Assembly (NCBI GenBank): GCA_913043225.1
Contig: CAJWLU010000008.1
Location: 1-64,000, forward strand
Direction of reading: 5' to 3'
From: an uncultured Acidobacteriota bacterium
GTDB taxonomy: Bacteria; Acidobacteriota; Vicinamibacteria; Vicinamibacterales; UBA8438
DNA: 64,000 bases
Under the pieces are notes generated by a model. It did no database searches, was not told the origin of the DNA, and saw nothing but the letters and a program-made list of their open reading frames with translations. Below, in pieces: positions 20,034 through 30,520 of this stretch. The position numbers and the translations under genes were made by a program. The number at the start of each line of letters is the position of its first letter. The stretch's first letter is position 1.

Positions 20034-20211
20034 TGATGCTCCTTGGGTGGCGCCACTCTAGGATCGGGTGCCACCCCCTCGATTCCATCGGCTGGTGGAT
20101 CGGGTGCCCCAAATTATCTATTGTCTCTATACTTGGAGTTCAGGAAGTGTTCAGGTCGTCTGCGGCCATGGTGCTGATACCATGTAAGTTAGCTGTGTTT
20201 GGAGGTGTAGT

Positions 20212-20766
20212 GTGAAACGACTCGTCAGCGTGTTGGTGTTGTCGGTGGTGTTGGTGCCAGGTACCGCTCTGGCTCAGGGAGTCAGCGAGGAGCCTATCGG
20301 GAATCTCGCCGAGTTGATGCGCGGCCTCATGTTTCCGAACGCGAACAAGTTGTTCGACGCGCAGGCGGTCGAGCCCGGTGGTCCGGTACCCGAGATGAAC
20401 TCCGAGACCCGAGACGCCGTCTCTGCCCTGATCGGGAGTGCTTCGTCCCGGTTCGCAACGATCTATCGTGGCTGGCCGGAGGTGGCGGGGGCCGCGGTGG
20501 CGCTGGCTGACGGCGCTAAGCTCGCAATGCTCCCAGGGCGTCTATGCGACAACGGCGTCCCGGCGCCGGTCGACCAGGCCGATTACATCGAAGGTGCTCG
20601 AATGCTTGAGGAGTATTCGATAGACGCGCTGAACGGGGCCCGCGAACAGAACTGGGACGCCGTCTGGGAAGCGGTGAACTACGTCAACGAGTCCTGCACC
20701 CATTGTCACAAGACCTATCGCGATGGTCCCGACAGCCGGCAAGAGCCGCGCTGCGAGGTCCAGTAG
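20212..20766 (+). CDS. Periplasmic class II-type (cytochrome c'-like) c-type cytochrome
   Basis: SD GGAGG, signal peptide, helical body, single C-terminal CTHCH motif. Confidence 0.75.
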   Translation: MKRLVSVLVLSVVLVPGTALAQGVSEEPIGNLAELMRGLMFPNANKLFDAQAVEPGGPVPEMNSETRDAVSALIGSASSRFATIYRGWPEVAGAAVALADGAKLAMLPGRLCDNGVPAPVDQADYIEGARMLEEYSIDALNGAREQNWDAVWEAVNYVNESCTHCHKTYRDGPDSRQEPRCEVQ

Positions 20767-21010
20767 CAAGCACGGGTCGCTAGCGCGGTCCACCCTCACG
20801 GTCGTCAGCTCCGCTGCCGCTCCCATCCACAGTCAGGGGGGAGCAGTGGGGCCGCTCTTGGAACTCGCCTGGCCTTCAACCGCAGATGCGCGCGTGGCTT
20901 GAACTTGAACGCGAGCGTCACGATTGGCTCATCGGCCGTCAATGCCGCAGGCGATGGTCGCTCCGCACTCACGTCGAACGACTCGGTCTTCGAACCGACG
21001 GTGTGAGCTC

Positions 21011-21667
21011 TTAGATCGAGATCTCAGGCACGTCGCCGTCGATAACCAGCTCGGCCTCGGTCGCGGTACGGATCTTGTCCACGCTGATGCCGGGGGCGCG
21101 CTCGGTCAGGTGCATGCCGTCCTCCCGGACCCGGAACACACCAAATGACGAGACTATGGTGTTGACCACGCGCTGACCCGTGAGCGGAAGTGTGCAGGCA
21201 CCGAGGATCTTCGGGTCGCCGTTCTTGGCGGTGTGGTCCATCACCACTAGCACCTGTTTGGCGCCCGCTACGAGATCCATCGCGCCGCCTGGTCCCTTGA
21301 CCATCTTGTCGGGGATGCTCCAGTTGGCCAGATCGCCGGTGGCCGAGACCTGCATCGCACCGAGCACCGCTAGATCGACGTGACCACCCCGGATCATGGC
21401 GAAGCTCTCGGTGCTGCTAAAAAAGCTGGCGCCGGGGACGACCGTCACTGTTTCCTTGCCGGCGTTGGTCAGTTCGGCCTGCACCTCATTCTCGGTGGGA
21501 TAGGGGCCCACCCCAAGGATGCCGTTCTCGCTGTGCAGCACGATGTGCACGTCCTCGGGCAGGAAGTTCGCGCAGAGGGTTGGAATGCCGATACCGAGGT
21601 TGACGTAGCTACCGTCGGCGATCTCCTGCGCAGCCCGCCGGGCGACCTGTTCTCGGGTCAGCGCCAT
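21011..21667 (-). CDS. scoB: 3-oxoacid CoA-transferase subunit B
   Basis: [36 protein letters not shown]. Confidence 0.92.
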   Translation of the reverse strand: MALTREQVARRAAQEIADGSYVNLGIGIPTLCANFLPEDVHIVLHSENGILGVGPYPTENEVQAELTNAGKETVTVVPGASFFSSTESFAMIRGGHVDLAVLGAMQVSATGDLANWSIPDKMVKGPGGAMDLVAGAKQVLVVMDHTAKNGDPKILGACTLPLTGQRVVNTIVSSFGVFRVREDGMHLTERAPGISVDKIRTATEAELVIDGDVPEISI

Positions 21668-22365
21668 CACTCACTCCTAGTGCGACGCACCTCAACGATT
21701 GGTTCCATGTCTTCGCCCACCACGACCCGGTCGACGTAGATACCCGGTGTGTGGATGTGATCTGGGTCGAGCGTCCCGGCCGAAACAATCTCCTCGACCT
21801 CAGCCACGGTCGCTGCCCCCGCTTCGGCCATGGGCGGATTGAAGTTGCGGGCGGACATCCGGTAAATGAGATTACCGTCGGTATCTGCCTTCCACGCGCG
21901 GACTAGCGAAACGTCCGAGCGTAGACCGGTCTCCATCACGTAGCCGCGTCCGTCGAATTCACGGGTTTCTTTTCCTTCGGCCAGCGGGGTCCCGTAGCCG
22001 GTCGGTGTGTAGAAGGCGGCGATGCCCGCCCCTCCGGCTCGCATCCGTTCCACCATGGTGCCCTGGGGGTTCAGCTCCACCTCGATGATGCCGTCCAGAT
22101 ACTGCTGTTGGAAGATCTTGGTCGAGCCGAAGTAGGTCGCGATCATCTTGTCGATCTGGCGCGTTTCTAGCAGTAGCCCGAGACCGGCGCCGTCCACGCC
22201 GGCGTTGTTGCTGACACAGGTCAGGCGCTTCACGCCAGACTCAAGCACCGCGTTGATCAGGTTGAGCGGCGCCCCGCACAGCCCGAATCCGCCCGCCATG
22301 ATGGTGATACCGTCGGTAAGGAGCCCGTCGAGCGCCCTCGTCGAAGACTTGTAGACTTTGTTCAC
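21667..22365 (-). CDS. scoA: 3-oxoacid CoA-transferase subunit A
   Basis: [41 protein letters not shown]. Confidence 0.92.
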   Translation of the reverse strand: MNKVYKSSTRALDGLLTDGITIMAGGFGLCGAPLNLINAVLESGVKRLTCVSNNAGVDGAGLGLLLETRQIDKMIATYFGSTKIFQQQYLDGIIEVELNPQGTMVERMRAGGAGIAAFYTPTGYGTPLAEGKETREFDGRGYVMETGLRSDVSLVRAWKADTDGNLIYRMSARNFNPPMAEAGAATVAEVEEIVSAGTLDPDHIHTPGIYVDRVVVGEDMEPIVEVRRTRSE

Positions 22366-22471
22366 TGCTTGGACATTCTAGACGTTGCTACAATACCGCG
22401 CCGCTTCGCCTATTCTAGGATGCAAGCCGTATGGGACCGCATCGCATCCGGTCATCGTGTTGGAGGGCAGT

Positions 22472-23659
22472 ATGAGCCAGGTTGTCATCGTCGACAGCAT
22501 TCGCACCGGTCTCGCTAAGTCGCACCGTGGCACGTTTAACCTCACCCGCGCGGACGATCTGGTCGCCCACTGCATCGATGCGCTGCTCGACCGCTCGCCC
22601 TCACTCGCCCCGGCCGAGGTCGACGATGTCATCCTTGGCGCCGGACGCCAGATCGGCGAGCAGTCAGGCAACATGGCCAGGCATGCCGTGGCTTTATCAC
22701 GGCTGCCGATCACGGTTCCGGCCACCACGATCAGCCGGGCCTGCTCATCCGGGCTCAACTCGATCGCGATGGCGGCCAATCAGATTGCCAGTGGCTGCGC
22801 TGAGGTCGCCGTGGCGGGGGGCGTCGAGTCGATCACGCGTCTCGAACACCGATCGCCGGCCGACTTCGATAACCACCAGCGGTTGCTAGACGAGAAGCCC
22901 GAGATCTATATGGCGATGGGAAACACGGCCGAGGTCGTGGCCCGCCGCTACCAGGTTAGCCGCGAGCGGCAGGATGAGTATGCGCTCCAGAGCCAGCAGC
23001 GTTACGCGGCGGCACAGGACGCCGGCAAGCTTGATGACGAAATTGTGCCGATGACGGTCGAGTGGCGAAAGGTTATCGACAAGGCGACGAAAGAGACAGC
23101 GGTGGTCGAGGGAACCGTCGAGGGTGACGAATGCAACCGGCCGACGACCACGATTGAGGGGCTCGCCAAGCTGCCGTCGGCGTTCGAGGAGGAGGGCAGC
23201 GTGACGGCCGGAAACTCGTCCCAGTTGTCCGACGGTGCGTCGATGGCGCTCGTTATGTCCGAGCGGCGTGCCCAGCAACTCGGGTTGACGCCGATGGCCT
23301 ACTTCAGGGGGTTCACCGTGGCCGGGTGCGAGCCGGACGAGATGGGCATCGGTCCGGTGTTCGCGATCCCGAAACTGCTGAAGGCTAAGAATTTGACCCT
23401 CGACGATATCGAGCTAGTGGAGTTGAACGAGGCGTTCGCGTCGCAGTGTGTGTACTGCCGCGACACGCTCGGCATCGACAACGAGATCTACAACGTGAAC
23501 GGCGGATCAATTGCCATCGGCCATCCGTTCGGGATGACTGGGGCGCGGCTGACGGGCCATATCCTCCGCGAGCTTAGGCGGCGGAACAAGACCCTCGGCC
23601 TTGTGTCGATGTGTATCGGTAAGGGGATGGGGGCCGCCGGTTTGTTCGAGGCCTGCTGA
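22472..23659 (+). CDS. Acetyl-CoA C-acyltransferase (thiolase)
   Basis: [35 protein letters not shown] before ATG 22472. Confidence 0.93.
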   Translation: MSQVVIVDSIRTGLAKSHRGTFNLTRADDLVAHCIDALLDRSPSLAPAEVDDVILGAGRQIGEQSGNMARHAVALSRLPITVPATTISRACSSGLNSIAMAANQIASGCAEVAVAGGVESITRLEHRSPADFDNHQRLLDEKPEIYMAMGNTAEVVARRYQVSRERQDEYALQSQQRYAAAQDAGKLDDEIVPMTVEWRKVIDKATKETAVVEGTVEGDECNRPTTTIEGLAKLPSAFEEEGSVTAGNSSQLSDGASMALVMSERRAQQLGLTPMAYFRGFTVAGCEPDEMGIGPVFAIPKLLKAKNLTLDDIELVELNEAFASQCVYCRDTLGIDNEIYNVNGGSIAIGHPFGMTGARLTGHILRELRRRNKTLGLVSMCIGKGMGAAGLFEAC

Positions 23660-23721
23660 GGACGCCGCTAGGTGTTTCCCGACCCCGCGAACGTCCAGGA
23701 TCGTGCCCAAACCCTGCAGTT

Positions 23722-24669
23722 ATGATGGTGTTTCCTCGGTGGTTCGTTGCCACGCTTGCCTGGTCGCTGCTTGCCGCCTCGGCCGGCGGCCAGACGCCTG
23801 GGTTCGTTCGCTGGAGCGCCGACGAACTGGCCGAGCGGCGGACGGCGCTCGGCACCCACGTTGGCGCGGATGGGTCGGCGCGAGAGACGCTGGGAGACTA
23901 TGAGACCGCGACCAGGTCACATCGATTTCGGTTCATCCATCGGGTCCGCGATGGGGCCCCCGAGCAGCATCGCGACATCGAAGATGTCGTGTTCATCCAG
24001 AGCGGCGCCGCGGTGCTGCAGGTTGGAGGCGCGCTGGTCGAACCTCGAGGGACGCCGCCCGAGCTCACCGGTCGCGCCATCCGAGGAGGCGAGCAGTATG
24101 CGGTGGCGGCCGGCGACATCCTCCACATTCCGGCCGACACTCCGCACCGCTATCTCGTGCCGGAAGGCGGGCAGGTTACCTATGTGCTCGTGCGGATGCC
24201 GGCGCTCGTCGGTGAGCGGGTGGTACCCCCCGACGCGCCGACCCTGACGTTTCGTCCAGACGGGTTCGCGTTGTGGCGCGCCGACGAGCTCGAGACCCGA
24301 CGGATGGCGCTGGTCGGCAGCATCCGACCCGACCGGTCGTCGCGTGAGACGCTTGCCGACTACGGCAGTCCCGTCCGCTCCCACCGCTTCCGGCACATTC
24401 ACCGCGACGCGAACGGAGTGCCCGAGATCCACGACGAGATTATCGATGTGGTGTTCGTGACCAGCGGTGCTGGGGAACTCCTCGTGGGCGGCGAAATACT
24501 CGATCGGAACGGCAGCCTGGGCTCGGGGATCGCGGACGGCGTGCGCCACCCGGTGGCTGCAGGCGATGTGCTACACATTCCCGCCCGGACGCCTCATGGC
24601 TACCTGGTGCCGACTGGTGGGCAGGTGACCTACGTGCTTGTCCGTGTTCCGGCCGTGCCCGGCTCATGA
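23722..24669 (+). CDS. Secreted tandem cupin-domain protein
   Basis: Signal peptide; two internal repeats, each with PE(Q/I)H..DVVF..SG and GD(I/V)LHIPA.TPH. Confidence 0.8.
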   Translation: MMVFPRWFVATLAWSLLAASAGGQTPGFVRWSADELAERRTALGTHVGADGSARETLGDYETATRSHRFRFIHRVRDGAPEQHRDIEDVVFIQSGAAVLQVGGALVEPRGTPPELTGRAIRGGEQYAVAAGDILHIPADTPHRYLVPEGGQVTYVLVRMPALVGERVVPPDAPTLTFRPDGFALWRADELETRRMALVGSIRPDRSSRETLADYGSPVRSHRFRHIHRDANGVPEIHDEIIDVVFVTSGAGELLVGGEILDRNGSLGSGIADGVRHPVAAGDVLHIPARTPHGYLVPTGGQVTYVLVRVPAVPGS

Positions 24670-24778
24670 GGCAGCCCGGGATCGACACCGTCCTGTACCC
24701 ACCGTATGCTGTCAGCGGCGTCTTCCTCCCATAACTCTTGGGCGGGGACTGGGTAGAGGATGTCCACGCGGAGGAGGC

Positions 24779-25699
24779 ATGAGCACAACGGGAGTCGTTG
24801 AGGGAAAGGTTGCGCTGGTGACCGGCGCGGGTCGTGGAGTGGGAGCCGCCGTGGCTCAGCTGCTGGCCGCGCACGGGGCATCGGTGTTGGTCAACGATCT
24901 GGGTGGGAGCGAAACGGGTCAGGGCAGCGATCGGGCGCCCGCTCTCGAGACGGTCACCGCCATCCGGAACGCTGGAGGGCAGGCCGAGCTGAACGGCGAG
25001 AGCGTCGCTGACAGCTCCGCCGCGCGCGGCATGGTCGAGCAGGCGCTCGACTGCTTCGGTCGCCTTGACATCGTCGTTAACAACGCGGGTATCCTGCGGG
25101 ACGTCATCTTTCACAAGATGACCGAGGAAGACTGGGACGCCGTGCTCGACGTGCATCTGAAGGGGTCCTTCAATGTCTCGAGCGCCGCGGCGCCCCACTT
25201 CCGCAAGGAGGAGTCGGGATGCTTCGTGCACATGACCTCGACGTCCGGCCTGATCGGCAACTTCGGCCAGGCGAACTACGCCGCGGCCAAGATGGGTATC
25301 GTCGGACTGTCGAAGTCGATCGCGCTCGACATGGCTCGATTCGGCGTCCGCTCGAACTGCATCGCACCATTTGCCTGGAGTCGCCTCATCGGATCGATTC
25401 CGATCACCGACGACGTGCAGCGCGCCCGGGTGGAGAAGCTGAAGCGGATGACGCCTGAGAAGATCGCGCCGCTGGTGGTCGCCCTGGCGTCGGACGACGC
25501 CAAGGACGTCTCCGGCCAGATCTTCGCCGTGCGAAGCAACGAGCTGTTCGTGATGGGGCAGAACCGTCCGGTGCGCGGTTTGCACGATGGTGCCGGTTGG
25601 ACGCCCGAGACGGTTCTGGCCCGGGCGCTGCCGGCGTTTCGCGCCGACTTCTATCCGCTCGACCGGAGCCAGGACATCTTCAGCTGGGACCCGGTCTGA
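24779..25699 (+). CDS. SDR oxidoreductase (3-hydroxyacyl-CoA dehydrogenase/MFE-2-like)
   Basis: TGAGRGVG, VNDLGG, NNAGILRD, YAAAK; SD GGAGG. Confidence 0.92.
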   Translation: MSTTGVVEGKVALVTGAGRGVGAAVAQLLAAHGASVLVNDLGGSETGQGSDRAPALETVTAIRNAGGQAELNGESVADSSAARGMVEQALDCFGRLDIVVNNAGILRDVIFHKMTEEDWDAVLDVHLKGSFNVSSAAAPHFRKEESGCFVHMTSTSGLIGNFGQANYAAAKMGIVGLSKSIALDMARFGVRSNCIAPFAWSRLIGSIPITDDVQRARVEKLKRMTPEKIAPLVVALASDDAKDVSGQIFAVRSNELFVMGQNRPVRGLHDGAGWTPETVLARALPAFRADFYPLDRSQDIFSWDPV

Positions 25700-25727
25700 T
25701 CCGCGCCTGCGATATCCTCAGCGGTTG

Positions 25728-27200
25728 ATGGCAGTCGGAATCCACGCCTTCGGGGGGTATCTCCCCAGACGCCGTCTCTCGAGACAGATCGTCGTCGAGG
25801 CCAATGCCTGGTTCGCGCCGGCGCTCAAGGGGCTAGGTCGGGGCGAGCGGGCAATCGCCAATTGGGACGAAGACCCGGTCACCATGGCGGTTGAAGCGTG
25901 TCGTGACGCCTTGGGTTTGTTGGACCGGAGCACCCTCGGTGCGCTCTGGCTCGCATCGACCACGTTGCCGTTCGAGGACCGTCAGAATGCTGGGATTGTG
26001 GCTGAGGCGCTCGGGTTGGACAGTACGGTCCGTACCTTGGACATCGCCGGCTCGCAGCGCGCGGGCACGTCGGCCCTACTGACGGCCATTGACGCGGTCG
26101 CCGGCGGAGCGGGCCCGGTACTGGTCACCGCGGCCGAGAAGCGACGGACCCGGGTGGCGAGCCCGCTGGAGTTGACCAGCGGCGACGGGGCTGCCGCGAT
26201 CCTCGTGGGCGAAGGCGACGGTGGTGCGGTCGTGCTGGGCGCTGCTACCGAGACGGCGGACTTCGTGGACCACTACCGGGGCCAGCATCAAGATTTTGAC
26301 TACGTTTGGGAGGAGCGCTGGATCCGGGACGAGGGGTACCAGAAGCTAGTGCCCGTCGCGGTCGAACGGGCGCTGGCGGCGGCTGGGGTCGGGGCCGCGG
26401 ACATCCAACATTTTTGCTTCCCCACCTCGACGACACGCGTCGCCGCTGCCCTGGCTCGACGACTTGGTCTGTCCGACGGTTCTGTGCGGGACAACCTGCA
26501 GGTCAGCTGCGGCGAGACGGGGGTCGCCCATCCGCTGGTTATGCTGGTTCATGTGCTGCAAGAGGCTGATGAGGGCGACCTTATTCTGGTGACTGGTTTC
26601 GGGCAGGGCGGCGATGCCGTCGTGCTGAGGGTCGGGGCTGGCCTGGCTGACCGCCAGCCTGTGCGTGGCATTGAAGGGAGTCTCGCGGCGGGGGTTAGCG
26701 ACACCAACTACCAGCGGTATCTCGCGATCAATGACTTGATCACGATCGAACGTGGATTACGAGCGGAGGTCGACAAACAGACCGGGCTGACGACGTTGTA
26801 TCGGAATCGGGCGATGCTACTTGGGTTCATCGGCGGCCGGTGCCGGGCGTGCGGCACGCCGCAGTATCCGGCGAGCGGAGCCTGTGTGAATCCGGACTGC
26901 GGCGCGACCGGGCCGCAGGATCGGTACCCCTTCGCCGATCGGTCGGCACAGCTCAATTCCTATACATCCGACCGGCTCACTTACTCTCCCGACCCGCCTG
27001 CCTACTACGGCATGGTCCAGTTCGAGGGCGGTGGGCGCGCCATGATCGACTTCACGGATGTTGACCCGGGAGCCACCCTAGAGGTGGGGGTTCCTATGCG
27101 GATGGTGTTTCGGGTCAAGGACTACGATCCGATGCGCGGTTTCCGCCGCTACTTCTGGAAAGCGATGCCGGTGCTCCCTTCGGCGCCGGCCGAGGAGTGA
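25728..27200 (+). CDS. HMG-CoA-synthase-fold protein fused to DUF35 Zn-ribbon/OB-fold
   Basis: GYLPRRRL..DEDPVTMAVEA..GDGAAA; C-terminal CRACGTPQYP..CVNPDC and OB-fold ending RRYFWKA. Confidence 0.85.
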   Translation: MAVGIHAFGGYLPRRRLSRQIVVEANAWFAPALKGLGRGERAIANWDEDPVTMAVEACRDALGLLDRSTLGALWLASTTLPFEDRQNAGIVAEALGLDSTVRTLDIAGSQRAGTSALLTAIDAVAGGAGPVLVTAAEKRRTRVASPLELTSGDGAAAILVGEGDGGAVVLGAATETADFVDHYRGQHQDFDYVWEERWIRDEGYQKLVPVAVERALAAAGVGAADIQHFCFPTSTTRVAAALARRLGLSDGSVRDNLQVSCGETGVAHPLVMLVHVLQEADEGDLILVTGFGQGGDAVVLRVGAGLADRQPVRGIEGSLAAGVSDTNYQRYLAINDLITIERGLRAEVDKQTGLTTLYRNRAMLLGFIGGRCRACGTPQYPASGACVNPDCGATGPQDRYPFADRSAQLNSYTSDRLTYSPDPPAYYGMVQFEGGGRAMIDFTDVDPGATLEVGVPMRMVFRVKDYDPMRGFRRYFWKAMPVLPSAPAEE

Positions 27201-27202
27201 CG

Positions 27203-28408
27203 ATGGCCAGCGGTATCAGAGACAAGGTCGCCCTGCTCGGGATGGGCTGCTCCCGTTTCGGCGAGCGCTGGAACGACAACGCCGAAGCCCTCATCCTTGA
27301 GGCGTTCTCCGAGGCGCTAGACGACGCCGGCATCGAGAAATGTCAGATCGACGCGGCGTGGTTCGCCACGGCGATCGAAGAGCAGCACGTCGGGAAGTCA
27401 GGGATTCCGCTGGCGATGGCGCTGCGCCTGCCACTCATTCCGGTGACGCGGGTCGAGAACTACTGCGCGTCCGGCTCCGAGGCGTTTCGGGGGGCGGTCT
27501 ACGCGGTGGCCTCCGGAGCCTGCGATGTGGCGCTGGCGCTCGGAGTGGAGAAGCTGAAGGACACCGGCTACGGCGGTCTCCCGCAGCGGAGCCGGGGCGC
27601 GGTGAACGACATGTACTGGTCGAATCTGTCGGCCCCCGGCGCGTTCGCGCAGTTGGCCACTGCGTATCAGGCCAAGCATGGCGTGGCTCGTGAGGACCTG
27701 AAGCGGGCAATGGCCCACGTGTCGGTCAAGAGCCACGCCAACGGAGCGAAGAACCCGAAGGCTCACCTGCGGAAGGCAATTGACGAAGATCGTGCGCTCA
27801 ACGCGCCGATGATCGCCGATCCGCTCGGGCTGTTCGATTGCTGCGGGGTGTCGGATGGGGCCGCCTGCGCCATCGTGACCACGCCCGACATCGCGCGGGG
27901 TCTCGGCAGGACCGATCTGGTGACCGTCAAGGCGCTTCAGCTGTCGGTTTCCAACGGCACCGAGTCACAACACAACTCGTGGGACGGGAGTCATTTCATG
28001 ACCACCCAGGTGGCCTCGGCCCGTGCCTATGAAGAGGCCGGCATCTCCAACCCGCGCGAAGCAATCGGCCTTACCGAGGTACACGACTGCTTCTCGGTGA
28101 CCGAGCTTGTCACCATGGAGGATCTCCATCTGTCCCCCGAGGGCGGAGCGATCAAGGACGTTATGGACGGGGTCTTCGACGCCGAGGGTGCCCTGCCGTG
28201 CCAGATCGATGGGGGGCTGAAGTGCTTCGGCCACCCGATCGGCGCCTCCGGCCTGAGGATGCTGTACGAGATCTATCTCCAAATGCAGGGGCGCGCCGGT
28301 GACCGTCAGCGTTCGACGGAGCCGACCTTCGGGCTCACTCACAACCTCGGTGGTTTTCCGCACCAGAATGTCTGCTCGGTCGTGATCGTCGGTCAGGAAG
28401 GCGCGTGA
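27203..28408 (+). CDS. SCP2/archaeal-type thiolase (acetyl-CoA acetyltransferase)
   Basis: ENYCASGSEA, GVEKLKD, SDGAAC, EVHDCF, GHPIGASG, HNLGG. Confidence 0.9.
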   Translation: MASGIRDKVALLGMGCSRFGERWNDNAEALILEAFSEALDDAGIEKCQIDAAWFATAIEEQHVGKSGIPLAMALRLPLIPVTRVENYCASGSEAFRGAVYAVASGACDVALALGVEKLKDTGYGGLPQRSRGAVNDMYWSNLSAPGAFAQLATAYQAKHGVAREDLKRAMAHVSVKSHANGAKNPKAHLRKAIDEDRALNAPMIADPLGLFDCCGVSDGAACAIVTTPDIARGLGRTDLVTVKALQLSVSNGTESQHNSWDGSHFMTTQVASARAYEEAGISNPREAIGLTEVHDCFSVTELVTMEDLHLSPEGGAIKDVMDGVFDAEGALPCQIDGGLKCFGHPIGASGLRMLYEIYLQMQGRAGDRQRSTEPTFGLTHNLGGFPHQNVCSVVIVGQEGA

Positions 28409-29291
28409 CGTCCCGGCCGTCCCGACTCGCGCTGACCGGGGCGTTCGCCGCCATCTATCTGATCTGGGGATCCACCTACCTGGCGATACGCTTCGGCGTC
28501 GCCGATATTCCGCCGTTCTTCCTGGCCGGTATCCGGTTTGCGGCGCCGGGACTGGTGTTTCTTGCCTGGGCCCGGAGCCATAGCGCGGCGTGGCCCGCTC
28601 CCCGACACTATCTCACCACCGCTCTCATCGGCATGGCGATGGCGACTGGTGCAACGGGTTGATGAGCTGGTCGCTGCAGACAGTACCGTCTGGACTTGGG
28701 GCGCTGATCATCGGTTTGGTGCCGTTGTGGGTCGTGCTCATTGACTGGGGCCGGCCCGGCGGTATGCGTCCGTCCGGTCGGGTCATGCTCGGCGTCGTCC
28801 TTGGGTTCGGCGGGGTGACGTTGCTGATTGATCCGACGCAGACGAGCGGCGGTCGTCAGCTTGACCCCGTCGGCGCCTCGGTCATCGTCATCGCGTCGCT
28901 CCTGTGGGCCAGCGGGTCGGTCTTTGCCCGGCATGCCGACCAGCCCGCCTCGCAAGCGCTCTCGGCCGGCATGCAGATGCTGGCGGGAGGTCTGGCGCTG
29001 CTGGTGCTGTCGGCGCTGACCGGCGAGTGGGCACGGCTTGATCTCGGGGGCGTTCCGCCTCGCGCCTTCATGGCCTGGGGTTACGTGATGGTGTTCGGCT
29101 CGGTTGCCTATGCCTGCTATCTCTGGCTGCTCAAGGCCTCGACACCCGCCAAGGCGGCGACCTACGCCTACGTCAACCCGGTGATCGCGCTGGTCCTCGG
29201 CTCGGTGCTGGGCGACGAGGTGCTGACCCTCTGGACGATGGGCTGCTCGGTAGTAGTGGTGGCCGCGGTACTGCTCGTCGTCTCGAAGTAG
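28405..29291 (+). pseudogene. EamA/YedA-type DMT transporter, frameshifted near 28652
   Basis: The N-part (IYLIWGSTYLAIR) and the C-part (NGL..VPSG..YAYVNPVIA) are in different frames; adding one base at GGT GC^ AAC restores a single ORF. Confidence 0.8.
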
Positions 29292-29303
29292 CCGTACACA
29301 CGA

Positions 29304-29346
29304 ACGCGCGCCGCCCGTCCCCTGGAGGGGACGGAACGACGCGCGT
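29304..29346. terminator. GC-rich hairpin between convergent genes
   Basis: CCGTCCCCT-GG-AGGGGACGG inverted repeat flanked by ACGCGCG/CGCGCGT; no clear U-tract. Confidence 0.5.
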
Positions 29347-29366
29347 GCTCTTTCCAGGCGGTACCG

Positions 29367-30386
29367 CTACTGCTGATTGGTGCGGCCTGCCTTCTCCAAC
29401 TCCCGCTCGCCACCCAGAATGTTGGTCATGCTGTAGTTTCCCTCATGGCAGGCGTACTCGTAGAGCAGCTCGTCTTCGGGGAGCGCTACGAACGGGAACT
29501 CGCCGGTCCAGGCGTCAGTCCAGTGGGTCGGATCCTCGATCGTGAACTCGTAGTGCACGGTGTCTGCGTCTACCCTGGTGAATCGCTCGGTGACGGTGAT
29601 GGTGTCCTCGTCGGAGCCGTTCGCCACCCGCAGGATGACCTGGTCTCCACCGACCGCGGCAGCGTTTGCCTCGGTTTTACGGATGTTCCGGGTCGTCACG
29701 ACCAGCGTGTCGCCTTCCCAGTGACCGCGGGAGTTGCCGTGCCACTGCGGAATGCTCGACGGGATATGGTCACGGCCATCGATGGGGATCATACGGAAGT
29801 CGTGGATCATCTCGATGTAGATCGACACCAGGCCCGGGGTCTGCATGATGATGAAGTTGTTGTTGTAGGCGCTCGGCAGCATCGGTGGTCCGGCTGACCA
29901 AACCAGGCAGCGATCGTTAAGCTCCAGGTCTTCCCACGAGTCGAATGGACCCTCGACGGGGAAGACGTCGTCGTGCGCCGACTTCCGGCTCATGCCGGAA
30001 GAGGTGCGCGGCGGCATCCGGCCGGTCGGTGGATCCGAGATGAGCGACGTGCGTCCGGTGGGACGGGTCCCGCCGTCCAGCCAGAAGTTGTTGTAGCCTC
30101 CGACGTTGCCGCCTGCGCTGGTGCGACGCGGTGGCGCCAGCAGCAGCTCTTCGTTCCGATCCAGGCGTGCCTGCTCCTGCGAGGCCACCTCTTCGTTGGT
30201 TAGGAATTCCTTGTCACCCAGCGACTCCGGTCGCTCGAGCGGCGTGATCGTCTTGTTTGTGTAGGTGCCCTGTAGATCAGGGTCCCCCCAGGGGGTCTTC
30301 GGCGTCGCCTGGGCCGTAACGCTCGTCGGCGTCAGTAGGGCCAGGGTGGCGGCGCCGACCAGCATCCGGAAGGTTGACTGAGTCAT
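29367..30386 (-). CDS. Uncharacterised secreted 'ACHEGN' family protein, paralog 1
   Basis: SD AGGAG, signal peptide, TPWGDPDLQG..TPLERP..DRC..WEGDTLVV..YEYACHEGNY; TATAAT at 30440-30445 on -. Confidence 0.85.
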   Translation of the reverse strand: MTQSTFRMLVGAATLALLTPTSVTAQATPKTPWGDPDLQGTYTNKTITPLERPESLGDKEFLTNEEVASQEQARLDRNEELLLAPPRRTSAGGNVGGYNNFWLDGGTRPTGRTSLISDPPTGRMPPRTSSGMSRKSAHDDVFPVEGPFDSWEDLELNDRCLVWSAGPPMLPSAYNNNFIIMQTPGLVSIYIEMIHDFRMIPIDGRDHIPSSIPQWHGNSRGHWEGDTLVVTTRNIRKTEANAAAVGGDQVILRVANGSDEDTITVTERFTRVDADTVHYEFTIEDPTHWTDAWTGEFPFVALPEDELLYEYACHEGNYSMTNILGGERELEKAGRTNQQ

Positions 30387-30520
30387 CCGTGTGCTCCTGT
30401 GTTGCGTCAGTATGAAAGGGTCGCAAGCGACCACGCTGGATTATACGCGTGTTTGGCAGCAGGCCGGGTGATGTTGCACATCCGTTCCCGGCGGCGGCAG
30501 CTCTTGCCTGGGAGAGCGCG

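Noticed and set aside
20061..20108. Direct repeat GGATCGGGTGCC (two copies)
   Set aside because: Only two short copies in GC-rich DNA; no function can be supported.
20767..21010. Possible gene remnant between convergent genes
   Set aside because: Translations show no recognisable motif.
25728..27200. Mevalonate-pathway HMG-CoA synthase
   Set aside because: The catalytic Cys motif is absent and there are no other mevalonate genes.
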